From: a virus
Length of the DNA stretch: 64,000 nucleotides
Strand: one strand, 5' to 3'
IMG/VR virus record: IMGVR_UViG_3300042901_002277
The position numbers were made by a program, and so were the translations under genes. This document shows positions 26,695-36,382 of this stretch, piece after piece. The notes beneath the pieces are model-generated. The model searched no databases, was not told the origin of the DNA, and saw only the letters and a list, made by a program, of their open reading frames with translations. The first letter of the stretch is position 1. Each line of letters begins with the position of its first letter.

Positions 26695-27331
26695 TTGTTT
26701 CCTCTTCGATTGTTTCTTCCTCTGTAGATACTATCTCAGCATCAACGATGTCGGCCTCGCCAAGCATTTGTCTCACGGCACTTTCCGGCAGGACACCCGA
26801 CATTCCCATTAGTTGAAGAAGCTGTCTTGCTTCAGACTCTGGGTCGAAAGTGTTGCCTATCTGCTTCAACTGCTCCGAGCCAGCAAGTGTGGCCTTTATT
26901 GTCTCGCTGGTTTTATTCCCAACATCCATCTGAACGCTGATATTGGTTTGGTCCATGCCTAGAAGTTTTGTGCGCCTATCCATGATGGATAGAACCTGTT
27001 GTATTGCCTTTAAGTCTGGTTCAACGGCAACTTCTGTTCCGTCATCCATCACCTGTCTTCTATGCTGGGTTAATGGCCAAATTGCCTGCTGAAGACTATC
27101 TAGTCTTTCAAGCTCAAGCCGAAGAACTTCTGGATAAGCCATCAGTGTCTCACGGTTCATTTTCTCTAACTGACGAGATATTGCCTTAGACACGGCGCTC
27201 GTTGTCATTCCAAAACGCCTTGCTATCTCGGACGTTGAGGTCCCAGCTTGACGAAGTTTAAATATCCGCATGTCTCTTTCACCAAGAAACTCACGCGTAG
27301 CAATTTTATTGCTTTTGTCTTCGCTCATCAC
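26687..27331 (-). CDS. HTH protein, possible terminase small subunit
   Basis: IFKLRQAGTSTSEIARRFG; ELERLD...VLSIMDRRTKLLG pattern. Confidence 0.6.
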   Translation of the reverse strand: MMSEDKSNKIATREFLGERDMRIFKLRQAGTSTSEIARRFGMTTSAVSKAISRQLEKMNRETLMAYPEVLRLELERLDSLQQAIWPLTQHRRQVMDDGTEVAVEPDLKAIQQVLSIMDRRTKLLGMDQTNISVQMDVGNKTSETIKATLAGSEQLKQIGNTFDPESEARQLLQLMGMSGVLPESAVRQMLGEADIVDAEIVSTEEETIEEETNE

Positions 27332-27345
27332 CCTATCTTAGTGAC

Positions 27346-29175
27346 TTATTTGTCAACTTTCATGAACTCAATCACTTCGAACGGGAATACCTTGCCTCGC
27401 TTGATTTTCAATGGCCACTGACGCTGGTCACGCGCCCCTCTAAAGTGTCGAACGTCGTAAACATATGGTTCGTTAGCTGTTGGGTCTGGTTGAAGAGAAA
27501 TACCAAACTCCGGCCAGCGTGACCATACGGCAGAACCAAAAGGGCGCAACTCTCTTGTGTTCAGGGTCGTCCCAAGTGGTGCGTGGTGTTCAAGCCAAAG
27601 GGCGCATCCATAAACGGTTCTAATAGTGTCTAGATATTTGGCGACCTCAACAGCAATCGCTTCCGAGGTCCTGCCGCCTGGGTCAACGAATGCTTTATAC
27701 AAAGGACCCATGACCAAAATGTCGGGCTTGACTCTCTCAATCGCTTCCTCAAGAATCAATCTGTCTTCTGGCTTCAAAAGGTCCATTCCAGACGGCTTTG
27801 TTAAAACCTCTCCATAAACTCTTGCGACATGTCCACGACGCATTGCTTGCGTAAGAATTGCAGAAGAGGCTCTTCTGATAATCCGTTCAGGGTTTTCAAG
27901 GTCAACTGTCAACGTGACTACAGGCTTCATCTGCCCATACGTAAAAGGATGAATGCCAGCAGCAGCACAAAGCGCAACTTGGCGCGCGAGCATCGTTTTG
28001 CCAACACCTTCGGCAGCAACAACGATTACTCTTTCTCCACGTTCAAGAAGACCAGGAATAACCCAATCGTATGATTCATCAACTTGCTCTTCAATGAAAT
28101 CATTCCATTGAACTAGTCTGCCTGGGTCCGTGATTTGTTTTGATGTAGTTGCCGAAAGAATCATCGACATTTTTGAAACCATCTGGCCAGGACTTAAATC
28201 ATCTCTTCCAAATAGGTCTTGAATTTTAATCAGGGCGGAATCAAATATTGACTCCTTTTTCTCTTCAACTGGTTCATTCTCTTCTTGAATGTCATGCTCA
28301 ATGTTTTCTACTTGTTCAATTTCATTTTCTTCTGGTGGTGAAAAGGCAGAAAGACTATCGAATGTTCCGCCAGATGAAAGGTGGTCAGTGATGTCTTTCG
28401 TATCTGGACAAATCCACACCTGCGCATCACAGCCAGCAGCAGTAAGAACTTTTAAAATCCTAGAAGCATGTTCTCTACCAGGAACGTCATTGTCTGCAAC
28501 AATGTCTATAACCGCACCAGCCAAGGCTTCGGTGTGAATATCGAGCCAGTGTCCTGCACCGCCAGGCATGGTGGTGGCTACATATCCAAGAGAGGTAAGT
28601 GTGTCGGCGTCTTTTTCCCCCTCAACAACCCAAATTGGAGTACCCTCCGCTTTCGCGGCAATAACAGCAGGGAGATTGTAGAGAATTTTAGGAACATCAG
28701 AAAGAGAGTATGACCACTCACCATTCTCGAGAGGTTTGCGTTGTCTGAATGTTTTTACACCATCTTGATTTACATATCTAACCTTTTGAAATAAAAGTTC
28801 ACCAGATTCATTTAGGTAATCATAAGAACAGACAAATTTTAACTGCTCTTTGGTAATCGGTTTTGGCGATTGTTGCTGAACTGAAGCTTGTTTATCTTTT
28901 TTGATAATCGGTTTTTCGTAAATCGTGCTAGTTCCATTTTGAGGCATTATGTCAGCAATCGTTAGTCCGACTGCAGCACAAATTTCTCCAGCATCACAAC
29001 CATTACCACGATGGCAGTGGACTAGAACTCTTCCATCATTTCCCTCGCTGACTGAAAGAGATGGATTGTTATCGTCGTTTCTACACGGGCAACGAGCCAT
29101 GAAGTTTCCACCGCTTTGCCTGACACCATCTAGTCTGTCAAGAAAGCTCTGAACGATTGGGCCTGGGGAAGTCAT
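27346..29175 (-). CDS. primase-helicase (Zn finger + TOPRIM + RepA/AAA_25)
   Basis: ARCPC...PSLSV...HCH; VVEGEKDAD; ADND; AAEGVGKT; RPFGS. Confidence 0.88.
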   Translation of the reverse strand: MTSPGPIVQSFLDRLDGVRQSGGNFMARCPCRNDDNNPSLSVSEGNDGRVLVHCHRGNGCDAGEICAAVGLTIADIMPQNGTSTIYEKPIIKKDKQASVQQQSPKPITKEQLKFVCSYDYLNESGELLFQKVRYVNQDGVKTFRQRKPLENGEWSYSLSDVPKILYNLPAVIAAKAEGTPIWVVEGEKDADTLTSLGYVATTMPGGAGHWLDIHTEALAGAVIDIVADNDVPGREHASRILKVLTAAGCDAQVWICPDTKDITDHLSSGGTFDSLSAFSPPEENEIEQVENIEHDIQEENEPVEEKKESIFDSALIKIQDLFGRDDLSPGQMVSKMSMILSATTSKQITDPGRLVQWNDFIEEQVDESYDWVIPGLLERGERVIVVAAEGVGKTMLARQVALCAAAGIHPFTYGQMKPVVTLTVDLENPERIIRRASSAILTQAMRRGHVARVYGEVLTKPSGMDLLKPEDRLILEEAIERVKPDILVMGPLYKAFVDPGGRTSEAIAVEVAKYLDTIRTVYGCALWLEHHAPLGTTLNTRELRPFGSAVWSRWPEFGISLQPDPTANEPYVYDVRHFRGARDQRQWPLKIKRGKVFPFEVIEFMKVDK

Positions 29176-29564
29176 TGCGCTTCTCGCAGAGCCTTCTTTA
29201 TTGCTGCATCCTTAAGACGATAGTTGCCCTTATACGCAAATCCATTGGCGTTTCTTCTTCCAATCCCTGGAAGGAAAATTCTTGCTTCGCGTGATAAAAG
29301 AATTCCCCTATCGCTTCTCATCATTGCGCGTTCGGCTTCTGTTTTTCCTCCCCAAATACCGATTGGTTCATGGCGAAGTGAGTACTCAAGACAGTGCTCT
29401 CTAGATGCACATGAATCGCAAAGCTCAATCGCTTCCTTTATATCCGCTCTGAATTTGAGCCACTGTTCTCTTGGTAAACCCTTTTCAATTACTGGGAACC
29501 ATTTATCGACGTCGTGTCCTTTGCAATTTCCCTCTGCTGGTGGCGCATCGTGGTTTGGCAACAA
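29172..29564 (-). CDS. whiB: WhiB family transcription factor
   Basis: C...AIELCDSC-x5-C...GIWGG. Confidence 0.88.
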   Translation of the reverse strand: MLPNHDAPPAEGNCKGHDVDKWFPVIEKGLPREQWLKFRADIKEAIELCDSCASREHCLEYSLRHEPIGIWGGKTEAERAMMRSDRGILLSREARIFLPGIGRRNANGFAYKGNYRLKDAAIKKALREAQ

Positions 29565-29573
29565 TTCAACTCC

Positions 29574-29996
29574 TTACGTCGGATTAGGTTTGGTTATCCT
29601 AGCGACGTCGGATGAAGAAAGAAATACCAGAGCGTGTTTTACTACAAGATTTCCTGAGATGTCCGTAGCGACAATATCGATTGCTTCTAATGGTATTTTA
29701 AACCTTGAAGCAATTGCTGCTTTCATTTTGCTTATATCAATTTCTTCTTCAACAAATTTAACATTGTCATCAATGTCTGTTGGAATGGCTCCGGCGGTAA
29801 GAGCCTTCATTTCGCCATCTTTTTCTACAGCGCGAAGACACCATGCACAGGCTAATTTTGGGGTTGATGCAGCACGCGCACGTGTTTCAGTGTGTCCACA
29901 GGAAAGCAAGTGTCGGTATTCGACTTTTCCCCAAGCACCCTCGCGAGTGATTTGAACCACGTCTTGGCGTGGTGCTTTGCGATGTTCAGTTGTCAC
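29574..29996 (-). CDS. hypothetical protein
   Basis: LSCGH...CAWC. Confidence 0.6.
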   Translation of the reverse strand: MTTEHRKAPRQDVVQITREGAWGKVEYRHLLSCGHTETRARAASTPKLACAWCLRAVEKDGEMKALTAGAIPTDIDDNVKFVEEEIDISKMKAAIASRFKIPLEAIDIVATDISGNLVVKHALVFLSSSDVARITKPNPT

Positions 29997-30023
29997 AACC
30001 CACCATTATGGTGGAAGAAGAAG

Positions 30024-30287
30024 TTACTTCGAGAGACGTCTGAAAAGCTTTCGCAGCCACTTCTTTGCGCCACGAGCATCAACTGATACTTGCGCTGGAA
30101 TGCTGTCGATTAACTTCTCAATTTTGTCTGCATGCTCTGCTACTTGCTTCGCTGCAATTTCTTCAATGAAGTCTTCTGCTTTTGCAAAAGTGCTTTTTGG
30201 AGCAGCCTTCTTCGCAGGAGCCTTTTTAGCTGGCGCCTTTTTAGCAGGAGCTTTCTTTGCTGTTGTCTTTTTCTTTGCTGTTGCCAT
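30024..30287 (-). CDS. histone H1-like PAKK-repeat protein
   Basis: (AKKAP)n N-terminus. Confidence 0.7.
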   Translation of the reverse strand: MATAKKKTTAKKAPAKKAPAKKAPAKKAAPKSTFAKAEDFIEEIAAKQVAEHADKIEKLIDSIPAQVSVDARGAKKWLRKLFRRLSK

Positions 30288-30369
30288 GTCCTTGACTTTA
30301 TCAAACCATTTGCCCCCGTAGTGGAACCACCTCCCCCGTTGGTGGCAGGGTTGGACCTAGGCTGTTCGT

Positions 30370-31017
30370 GTGGAAGGCTCTTATGACAACGATTATAGTA
30401 AAATTGCTCTTGCTATAACTGCCGCCCAATTAGCAAAATCTACGAGCGTAAAAGAATTTGGAATTGGTGAGGATTTATCAATTAATTTCTTTGGCTGGGA
30501 AGAGGACAGATTGGCCATCGTCTGCCAGATGAGGCAGGACATGATGAAGATTGACCCAGAAGAGCGTTTGGCGCGCTGTACGGAGCTCTGTGCTGTTCTG
30601 AGGCGATACTGGGGCGTCTCGTCCATAACAATGGTTGCTGAGGGCTACTGCTCTGCAAACATGACTGAGACAGAGGGGTTATCCCTATCCGATGCGTTTC
30701 TTGATGCCTCAAAACCGGTAAAAGAGTGCATCACTGTAACCAACGTAACCTTGGATGAAAAGGCTGTTTCTGACGGTGGTTTTGTGACGACGATTATTGC
30801 CGTTCCTTATGCCTACGAGCTAGGAAGGACGCTGAAGTGGTTTGACACCCTCATTTACACGAATGGAGGGGGAAAGAACTTCAGGAACTCCAAATACCCT
30901 CAGTCCATGAGGCGAGCTTTAAAGAATAAGGTTGTAGATGACCTGCCAGACGAAGCGTACGAGGAGCTAATAGGTCTTATTAATTCAAATGGATTTCATA
31001 TACAGGAATTTTATTAA
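30370..31017 (+). CDS. hypothetical protein
   Basis: 215 aa ORF. Confidence 0.65.
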   Translation: MEGSYDNDYSKIALAITAAQLAKSTSVKEFGIGEDLSINFFGWEEDRLAIVCQMRQDMMKIDPEERLARCTELCAVLRRYWGVSSITMVAEGYCSANMTETEGLSLSDAFLDASKPVKECITVTNVTLDEKAVSDGGFVTTIIAVPYAYELGRTLKWFDTLIYTNGGGKNFRNSKYPQSMRRALKNKVVDDLPDEAYEELIGLINSNGFHIQEFY

Positions 31018-31033
31018 AGTATAATTATTACAA

Positions 31034-31372
31034 ATGCCATTTTACGATAACTCATATGACGACATGTACGGTCGTTCGCGCAATCTGTTCGACAACGTCA
31101 CAATTCTGCCAGCTGATAGGACTCCGTGCCTTGTTTGCGGCCACCCAACCGGGGACTGTGCTGGGGATAACTCCTCTCACACGAGAATAGCTGGATTCGG
31201 AATGATTGATTCGCTCAAGGCTATTCAAACTTTTTTGGTTGAAGAAGACATACACGAAGAGAGACAGATAACACCTTCAATAAAAACAAAAGTTCTGTTG
31301 CATAAGAAGGGTAAACAGATACCATATGCCGAAGCCGAGAGGCTTGGGTTAATTAAAAGCTGGACAAACTAA
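31034..31372 (+). CDS. hypothetical protein
   Basis: CLVCGHPTGDC. Confidence 0.65.
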   Translation: MPFYDNSYDDMYGRSRNLFDNVTILPADRTPCLVCGHPTGDCAGDNSSHTRIAGFGMIDSLKAIQTFLVEEDIHEERQITPSIKTKVLLHKKGKQIPYAEAERLGLIKSWTN

Positions 31373-31464
31373 GAGCAAAGTTACTACGACTTTAGACCCT
31401 TTCAGTATTCTCGGTTAAGTTAAAATCGATACCTACTCAAATCACTATCACAACAGGAAAAATC

Positions 31465-33390
31465 ATGACTTCGCTTGACCAATCATTCGTGGATTCGTAT
31501 TCTCTAAAACAAGCTCCTTGGGGCTTCAACGGTATGGGGGAAATTGTATTTCTTCGTACATACAGTCGCAAGAAAGAAGATGGGAATAACGAGAGTTGGC
31601 CAGAAACATTGCAGCGTGTTATCAATGGCGCAATGGAAGTCGGAGTCGAGTACACGAAAGAAGAAGCAGAGGCATTGTTTGACCACTGCTTTAATCTTCG
31701 CTGTTCGTTTTCGGGTCGCTCCCTTTGGCAACTTGGAACTCCGCTTGTTCAGAAGTTCAATGCAACATCGTTGAATAACTGCTACTTCACCAATATCGAA
31801 AAGATTGAAGACTTTGAACTCTTGTTTGAATATTTGATGCTTGGCGGTGGCGTTGGCTTTTCTGTTGAGCGTTCAAAGATTCACGACCTGCCAAAAGTTA
31901 AGTCTGGTGTAACAATTACTCACGAACGTTCCAACGATGCAGACATCATTGTTCCTGACTCACGTCAAGGATGGAAGCGTCTTCTTCATGCGGTGTTGAA
32001 GTCATATTTCGACACGGGTAAGTCTTTCTCGTACTCAACAGTTCTTATTCGCGAATATGGTGCACCGTTGAAGACATTTGGCGGTACCGCATCTGGTCCT
32101 GGAGCACTAATTGATGGAATCGCGGATATTGCGAAAGTAATGCAGAACCGTGAGGGAAAGAAACTCCGTTCGATTGATGTGCTCGATATCTGTAACATCA
32201 TTGGTCGTATTGTCGTCTCTGGTTCATCACGTCGTTCAGCACAGATTGCAATGGGCGACCCGGATGACGTTCTTTTCCTTCGTGCAAAAAATTGGGCATC
32301 TGGGAATATTCCAGCATGGAGAGCAAACTCAAACAACTCCATCTATGCCGACCACTACGACGAAATCATGACCGAACTCTGGAAGGGTTACGACGGAACA
32401 GGTGAGCCTTACGGCTTGTTGAATCGTCGTCTTGCTCGCAAGTTCGGAAGACTCGGTGAGGCTAAGGCTGACAACTCAATTGAGGGTTTCAATCCATGCG
32501 CCGAAATTGCACTAGCAGACGGAGAGTCGTGCAACTTGGCGACAATCTTTTTGCCAAACGTGGAGTCCCTGGAGCAATTCAAGGAAATCTCGCGCTTGCT
32601 CTACAAGACGCAAAAGCAAATCACTCGCATGGCTTATCCGTACGAAAAAACAACAAACATTGTGAGCAAGAACGCGCGACTCGGACAGTCAGTAACTGGA
32701 ATCCTCCAGTGTTCAGAAGAGCAGGTTTCTTGGTTGTCACCAGCATACGAGTACTTGCAGGAATTTGATAAGCAGTATTCTGCAGAGCGTGGATGGCCAG
32801 CGTCGGTTCGTTTAACAACGGTTCAGCCATCAGGAACGCTTTCGTTGCTTCCTGGAGTAACTCCTGGAATTCACCCTGCATTTGCTCCGTTCTATGTGAG
32901 ACGTGTTCGCTTCGGTTCGTCTGACCCACTCGTTGAGGCATGTCGCAAGCGTGGATACAAGATTCAGTGGGACATTGGAATCGACGGCAGAGAAGACCAC
33001 ACTCGTTACGTTGTGGATTTCCCATGCATGTCGCCAGAGGGTTCAACGCTTGCTTCAGCAATGACTGCTGTGCAACAACTTGAATGGGTTAAGAAGATGC
33101 AAACTGAATGGGCCGATAATGCCGTTTCGGTTACCGTCTACTACCGAAAAGAAGAGCTCGGAGAAATTCAAGAATGGCTCTCGAAGAACTACGACAAGAG
33201 CGTGAAGTCGGTTTCGTTCTTGCTTCACGTAGACCACAACTTCTCGTTGCCCCCATACGAAGAAATCACCAAGGAGGAGTACAACAAGATGCTCGCCAAA
33301 GTTGATTTCTCCACTCCATTGCAAGATGTAACTTTTATGGGTGATTTGGACCTCGACAATTGCGCAACAGGTGCTTGTCCGATAAAGTAA
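31465..33390 (+). CDS. nrdJ: adenosylcobalamin-dependent (class II) ribonucleotide reductase
   Basis: RTYSR, NNC, RRSAQI, NPCAEI, CNL, PSGT, C-terminal CATGACPIK. Confidence 0.93.
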   Translation: MTSLDQSFVDSYSLKQAPWGFNGMGEIVFLRTYSRKKEDGNNESWPETLQRVINGAMEVGVEYTKEEAEALFDHCFNLRCSFSGRSLWQLGTPLVQKFNATSLNNCYFTNIEKIEDFELLFEYLMLGGGVGFSVERSKIHDLPKVKSGVTITHERSNDADIIVPDSRQGWKRLLHAVLKSYFDTGKSFSYSTVLIREYGAPLKTFGGTASGPGALIDGIADIAKVMQNREGKKLRSIDVLDICNIIGRIVVSGSSRRSAQIAMGDPDDVLFLRAKNWASGNIPAWRANSNNSIYADHYDEIMTELWKGYDGTGEPYGLLNRRLARKFGRLGEAKADNSIEGFNPCAEIALADGESCNLATIFLPNVESLEQFKEISRLLYKTQKQITRMAYPYEKTTNIVSKNARLGQSVTGILQCSEEQVSWLSPAYEYLQEFDKQYSAERGWPASVRLTTVQPSGTLSLLPGVTPGIHPAFAPFYVRRVRFGSSDPLVEACRKRGYKIQWDIGIDGREDHTRYVVDFPCMSPEGSTLASAMTAVQQLEWVKKMQTEWADNAVSVTVYYRKEELGEIQEWLSKNYDKSVKSVSFLLHVDHNFSLPPYEEITKEEYNKMLAKVDFSTPLQDVTFMGDLDLDNCATGACPIK

Positions 33391-33397
33391 TTGGCAT

Positions 33398-33471
33398 GCG
33401 TCGGTAGCTCAATCGGATAGAGCAACAGACTTCTAATCTGTAGGCTGTAGGTTCGATTCCTACCCGACGCG
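33398..33471 (+). tRNA. tRNA-Arg(TCT)
   Basis: Cloverleaf; ACAGA-CTTCTAA-TCTGT. Confidence 0.95.
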
Positions 33472-33495
33472 CACAGTTAGTATTAGTTAGACCAC

Positions 33496-33585
33496 GGAAT
33501 GGTGGCAGAGAGGCTTATTGCACCTGTCTTGAAAACAGGAGTCCGTTTGCGCGGACCGGGGGTTCAAATCCCTCCCATTCCTCCA
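33496..33585 (+). tRNA. tRNA-Ser(TGA)
   Basis: Cloverleaf with long variable arm; CCTGT-CTTGAAA-ACAGG; CCA end. Confidence 0.95.
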
Positions 33586-33586
33586 C

Positions 33587-33662
33587 GCCCTTGAAGCATA
33601 ATCGGCCATGCACCTCACTTGTAATGAGGAGATAGTGGGTTCAAATCCCACCAAGGGCTCCA
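33587..33662 (+). tRNA. tRNA-Thr(TGT)
   Basis: CCTCA-CTTGTAA-TGAGG; CCA end. Confidence 0.92.
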
Positions 33663-33683
33663 ATGAGGTAGAATTTAGCCCCT

Positions 33684-34484
33684 ATGGGCATAACGATTTA
33701 CAGGAACCAGCGAATCGGTGAAATACCGTCAACTCCAGCCACGTCCATTATTGACGACTCTGTTACCCCGGACAGCGTGAAAGTCCTAGAGGAATACGGC
33801 TCCATTCTTGGTCATCCTGTTTCGTACGCCCAGGAGCAAAATGGAAGATTAATCCAAAATCTTGTTCCAGTTCATAAGACTGAATATCAGCAGATATCAA
33901 CGTCATCGAAAGTTGAGCTGGAGATGCACACGGAGTCATCATTCCATCCGTACAGACCTTCATACGTCCTTCTTCTTTGCTTGCGCGGCGATGATGCAGT
34001 GGCAACCACCTACGCTGATGATTTCGACATCGTTCCAAGATTAAGTCAAGAGGCAATTTCTATACTTCAAAAAGAATGGTTTACAACTCAGATTGACCAG
34101 AGTTTTAGGTCAGATGGGCAGCCAGATATCGATGTTCGGACAGCGATACTTGAAGAAACGAATAGGGACGCTAATCCAGGATGGAAAATAACTTATGACT
34201 CATGGTTTATGAAAGCCATTGGAGACGGAAGTGATGAATCTCGCTCCCAGGCGGAGAGGGCGCTCCAGGAGATGCGCGATGCGGTAAATTCCTCCACAAA
34301 AGAAATTATTCTAAAGACTGGTGATTTACTAGTGATAAATAATGACTGCACTGTGCATGGCAGAAAGCCGTTTCAACCACGATATGACGGAACAGATAGG
34401 TGGGTTCAAAGGATGCTTGTTGTGCGCGAAATGCCACCACCGGAGCACGTCAATGGGCACATGATTATCACGGAGTTTAACTAA
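33684..34484 (+). CDS. TauD/clavaminate-synthase-like Fe(II)/2OG dioxygenase
   Basis: HTE facial-triad start, LLLCLR, NDCTVHGR, DRWVQR. Confidence 0.88.
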   Translation: MGITIYRNQRIGEIPSTPATSIIDDSVTPDSVKVLEEYGSILGHPVSYAQEQNGRLIQNLVPVHKTEYQQISTSSKVELEMHTESSFHPYRPSYVLLLCLRGDDAVATTYADDFDIVPRLSQEAISILQKEWFTTQIDQSFRSDGQPDIDVRTAILEETNRDANPGWKITYDSWFMKAIGDGSDESRSQAERALQEMRDAVNSSTKEIILKTGDLLVINNDCTVHGRKPFQPRYDGTDRWVQRMLVVREMPPPEHVNGHMIITEFN

Positions 34485-34486
34485 TA

Positions 34487-34783
34487 ATGGATTTTGACGT
34501 GATGTTCGAACCAAGATATGACCTTTATCAGGTCGCAATTTTTCAGTCCAGATACAGCGGAATATACGAAGGTGGAGATTGGTTCGCGATTGCCAATTTT
34601 AAGAGTTTCGAAGAAACAGGAATTTCAGAATACGTATTCGGCGATGACTGCGATGCTGTGGATTTTTGGATGTCTGAAAAATCAGAAATGATTGGAGTTG
34701 GTAGTACTCCAGACGCTGCAGTCAAAAACCTCTACGAAAGATATACGACTAAGGGTGGACCTACTCAAACATCTTCGGATTAA
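34487..34783 (+). CDS. hypothetical protein
   Basis: RYSGIYEGG motif. Confidence 0.6.
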   Translation: MDFDVMFEPRYDLYQVAIFQSRYSGIYEGGDWFAIANFKSFEETGISEYVFGDDCDAVDFWMSEKSEMIGVGSTPDAAVKNLYERYTTKGGPTQTSSD

Positions 34784-35130
34784 TAAAGGTCATTTTGTCC
34801 CACATCCTCTTCAACATAGGAATCGAAGCTGCGGAGACAAATAGTGCAATAGCAATAGCGGTTATCAATGGGTTGTTTTTCCCAATTTTTAGCTTATTTA
34901 CATTCATGATTGGTCCCATCTATTTTAGAGATACTATCCACAGGTTCATCTTATAATAAGATTGCACGCCATAATGTACGTTATGTTCTTCATAGTTTTA
35001 ATCTTAGCAACAGCAGCAGTTTTATCAGCGCACAGATTCGTCATGAGCTCAGTGGAGTCCTACGATGGTTATGGGACGGGCACTTTTCGTGAGTGGCAGC
35101 AATTCGAGAGGGAAAAGCTCAACTTCTAAG

Positions 35131-35739
35131 CTATTTAACGTATATCCCGATACGTTCTAATTCTGTTCCTTCGTCACTGATAAATCTGTAGCCTTCTGGC
35201 TTCGGGTCTGGCTCATCTTTCCATGCCGGTATCATCGACGTGTTTCCGTGAGAAAAATCTGGATTTTCTCTCAGGTGGATTTCAATGAGTTTCCCGCCTA
35301 TGAATTCGCAGTTGATTGTTCTGTACTGAAGTGGGATTAATCCTATGAACTGGGGAAGAGGATGCCACTTATCTGTTTTTTCCCATTTGGTGAATCTTTG
35401 ATAGGGGCGCTCTGGGTGCTTTGTCCCGACTGTTTTGAGGATTGGCTGATACCCCTTGTAGTCGATGCTTAGGTGTTCGCCTTCGAAGACCTCACACCAG
35501 AACTCGCCTGGATGAAGAAGTTCTGTAGTTTTTTCTTCTATGTATATTTTTCTTGCCTTTTCGCCCATCCCCTCGATGTTCATTACGGGCTTAACAAAGT
35601 ACTCACCTGGTTCCGGAACTGGAGTTCCTCGTGGACCACACTTGTGTCCAGAAAGCCTAGAAACAATTAGCTTGTCGAATATCCATAGGTGTTTTGGGTC
35701 GCAGTTAAGCCAGGCTTTGGCTTCTAGTGATTGTTCCAC
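35131..35739 (-). CDS. ATP-grasp-like protein
   Basis: YFVKPVMN..G.G, EGEHLSID, INCEFIGGKLIEIHLR. Confidence 0.7.
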   Translation of the reverse strand: MEQSLEAKAWLNCDPKHLWIFDKLIVSRLSGHKCGPRGTPVPEPGEYFVKPVMNIEGMGEKARKIYIEEKTTELLHPGEFWCEVFEGEHLSIDYKGYQPILKTVGTKHPERPYQRFTKWEKTDKWHPLPQFIGLIPLQYRTINCEFIGGKLIEIHLRENPDFSHGNTSMIPAWKDEPDPKPEGYRFISDEGTELERIGIYVK

Positions 35740-35741
35740 AT

Positions 35742-35987
35742 TTACGGCTCAATGAAGATGCACTCACCAGGGCATTCTTCGGCGGCTTCAATGACGTCAG
35801 GAAGTCTTTCGTCTGCGAAAGATGCCATTCCCTCTGCTCCCTCTGGGTTCCCCACAGCGGCCGCATAAATCTTGTCCCCTTCTTTTACATACGCAAGACC
35901 GTCTGGCATCATGTGAAAAACATCTGGGGCTATCTCTGCGCATAGTCCATCTCCAGTACATAAGTCTTGGTCAATCCATACTCTCAT
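35742..35987 (-). CDS. ferredoxin
   Basis: IDQDLCTGDGLCAEIAPDVF...CPGECI. Confidence 0.92.
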   Translation of the reverse strand: MRVWIDQDLCTGDGLCAEIAPDVFHMMPDGLAYVKEGDKIYAAAVGNPEGAEGMASFADERLPDVIEAAEECPGECIFIEP

Positions 35988-36382
35988 TACTTAAATTCAG
36001 TCCAAGTTTTATCGCCAACGCCAAAATACTCTCTAGCGTAACCAGATTGAATAATATCCCTGTTAAGGCAGGCTGTTGTTGGGTCGTCTATTTTGTCTGA
36101 GCTATAAATTCTTGCAAGAACACGTCCGTACTTGTCATTCTTGTCTGGAATCGTGTTAACAAAAACCCACTTATGATTTGTTAGCCAATCTTTGGTAAAT
36201 GACTTAGCCTTTAACCCCAATGCTTTTTCTGCAAGGTCTTTCGTTCTTGATTCAGGAGTATTGACTCCATACAAGCGAACACGAATCTTGTGATGCACAC
36301 TAAACCCCAAGTCGACCATCAGGTCCACGGTGTCGCCGTCTACAACATTAAGGACCGTAGCACCATACCAAAATCGCTCCAT
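35987..36382 (-). CDS. staphylococcal nuclease (thermonuclease) family protein
   Basis: VVDGDT, RLYGVNTPE, DKYGRVLA. Confidence 0.9.
   Translation of the reverse strand: MERFWYGATVLNVVDGDTVDLMVDLGFSVHHKIRVRLYGVNTPESRTKDLAEKALGLKAKSFTKDWLTNHKWVFVNTIPDKNDKYGRVLARIYSSDKIDDPTTACLNRDIIQSGYAREYFGVGDKTWTEFK

Noticed and set aside
31465-33390. Intein or intron in the RNR
   Set aside because: Length and motif spacing fit a compact class II enzyme; no splice motifs seen
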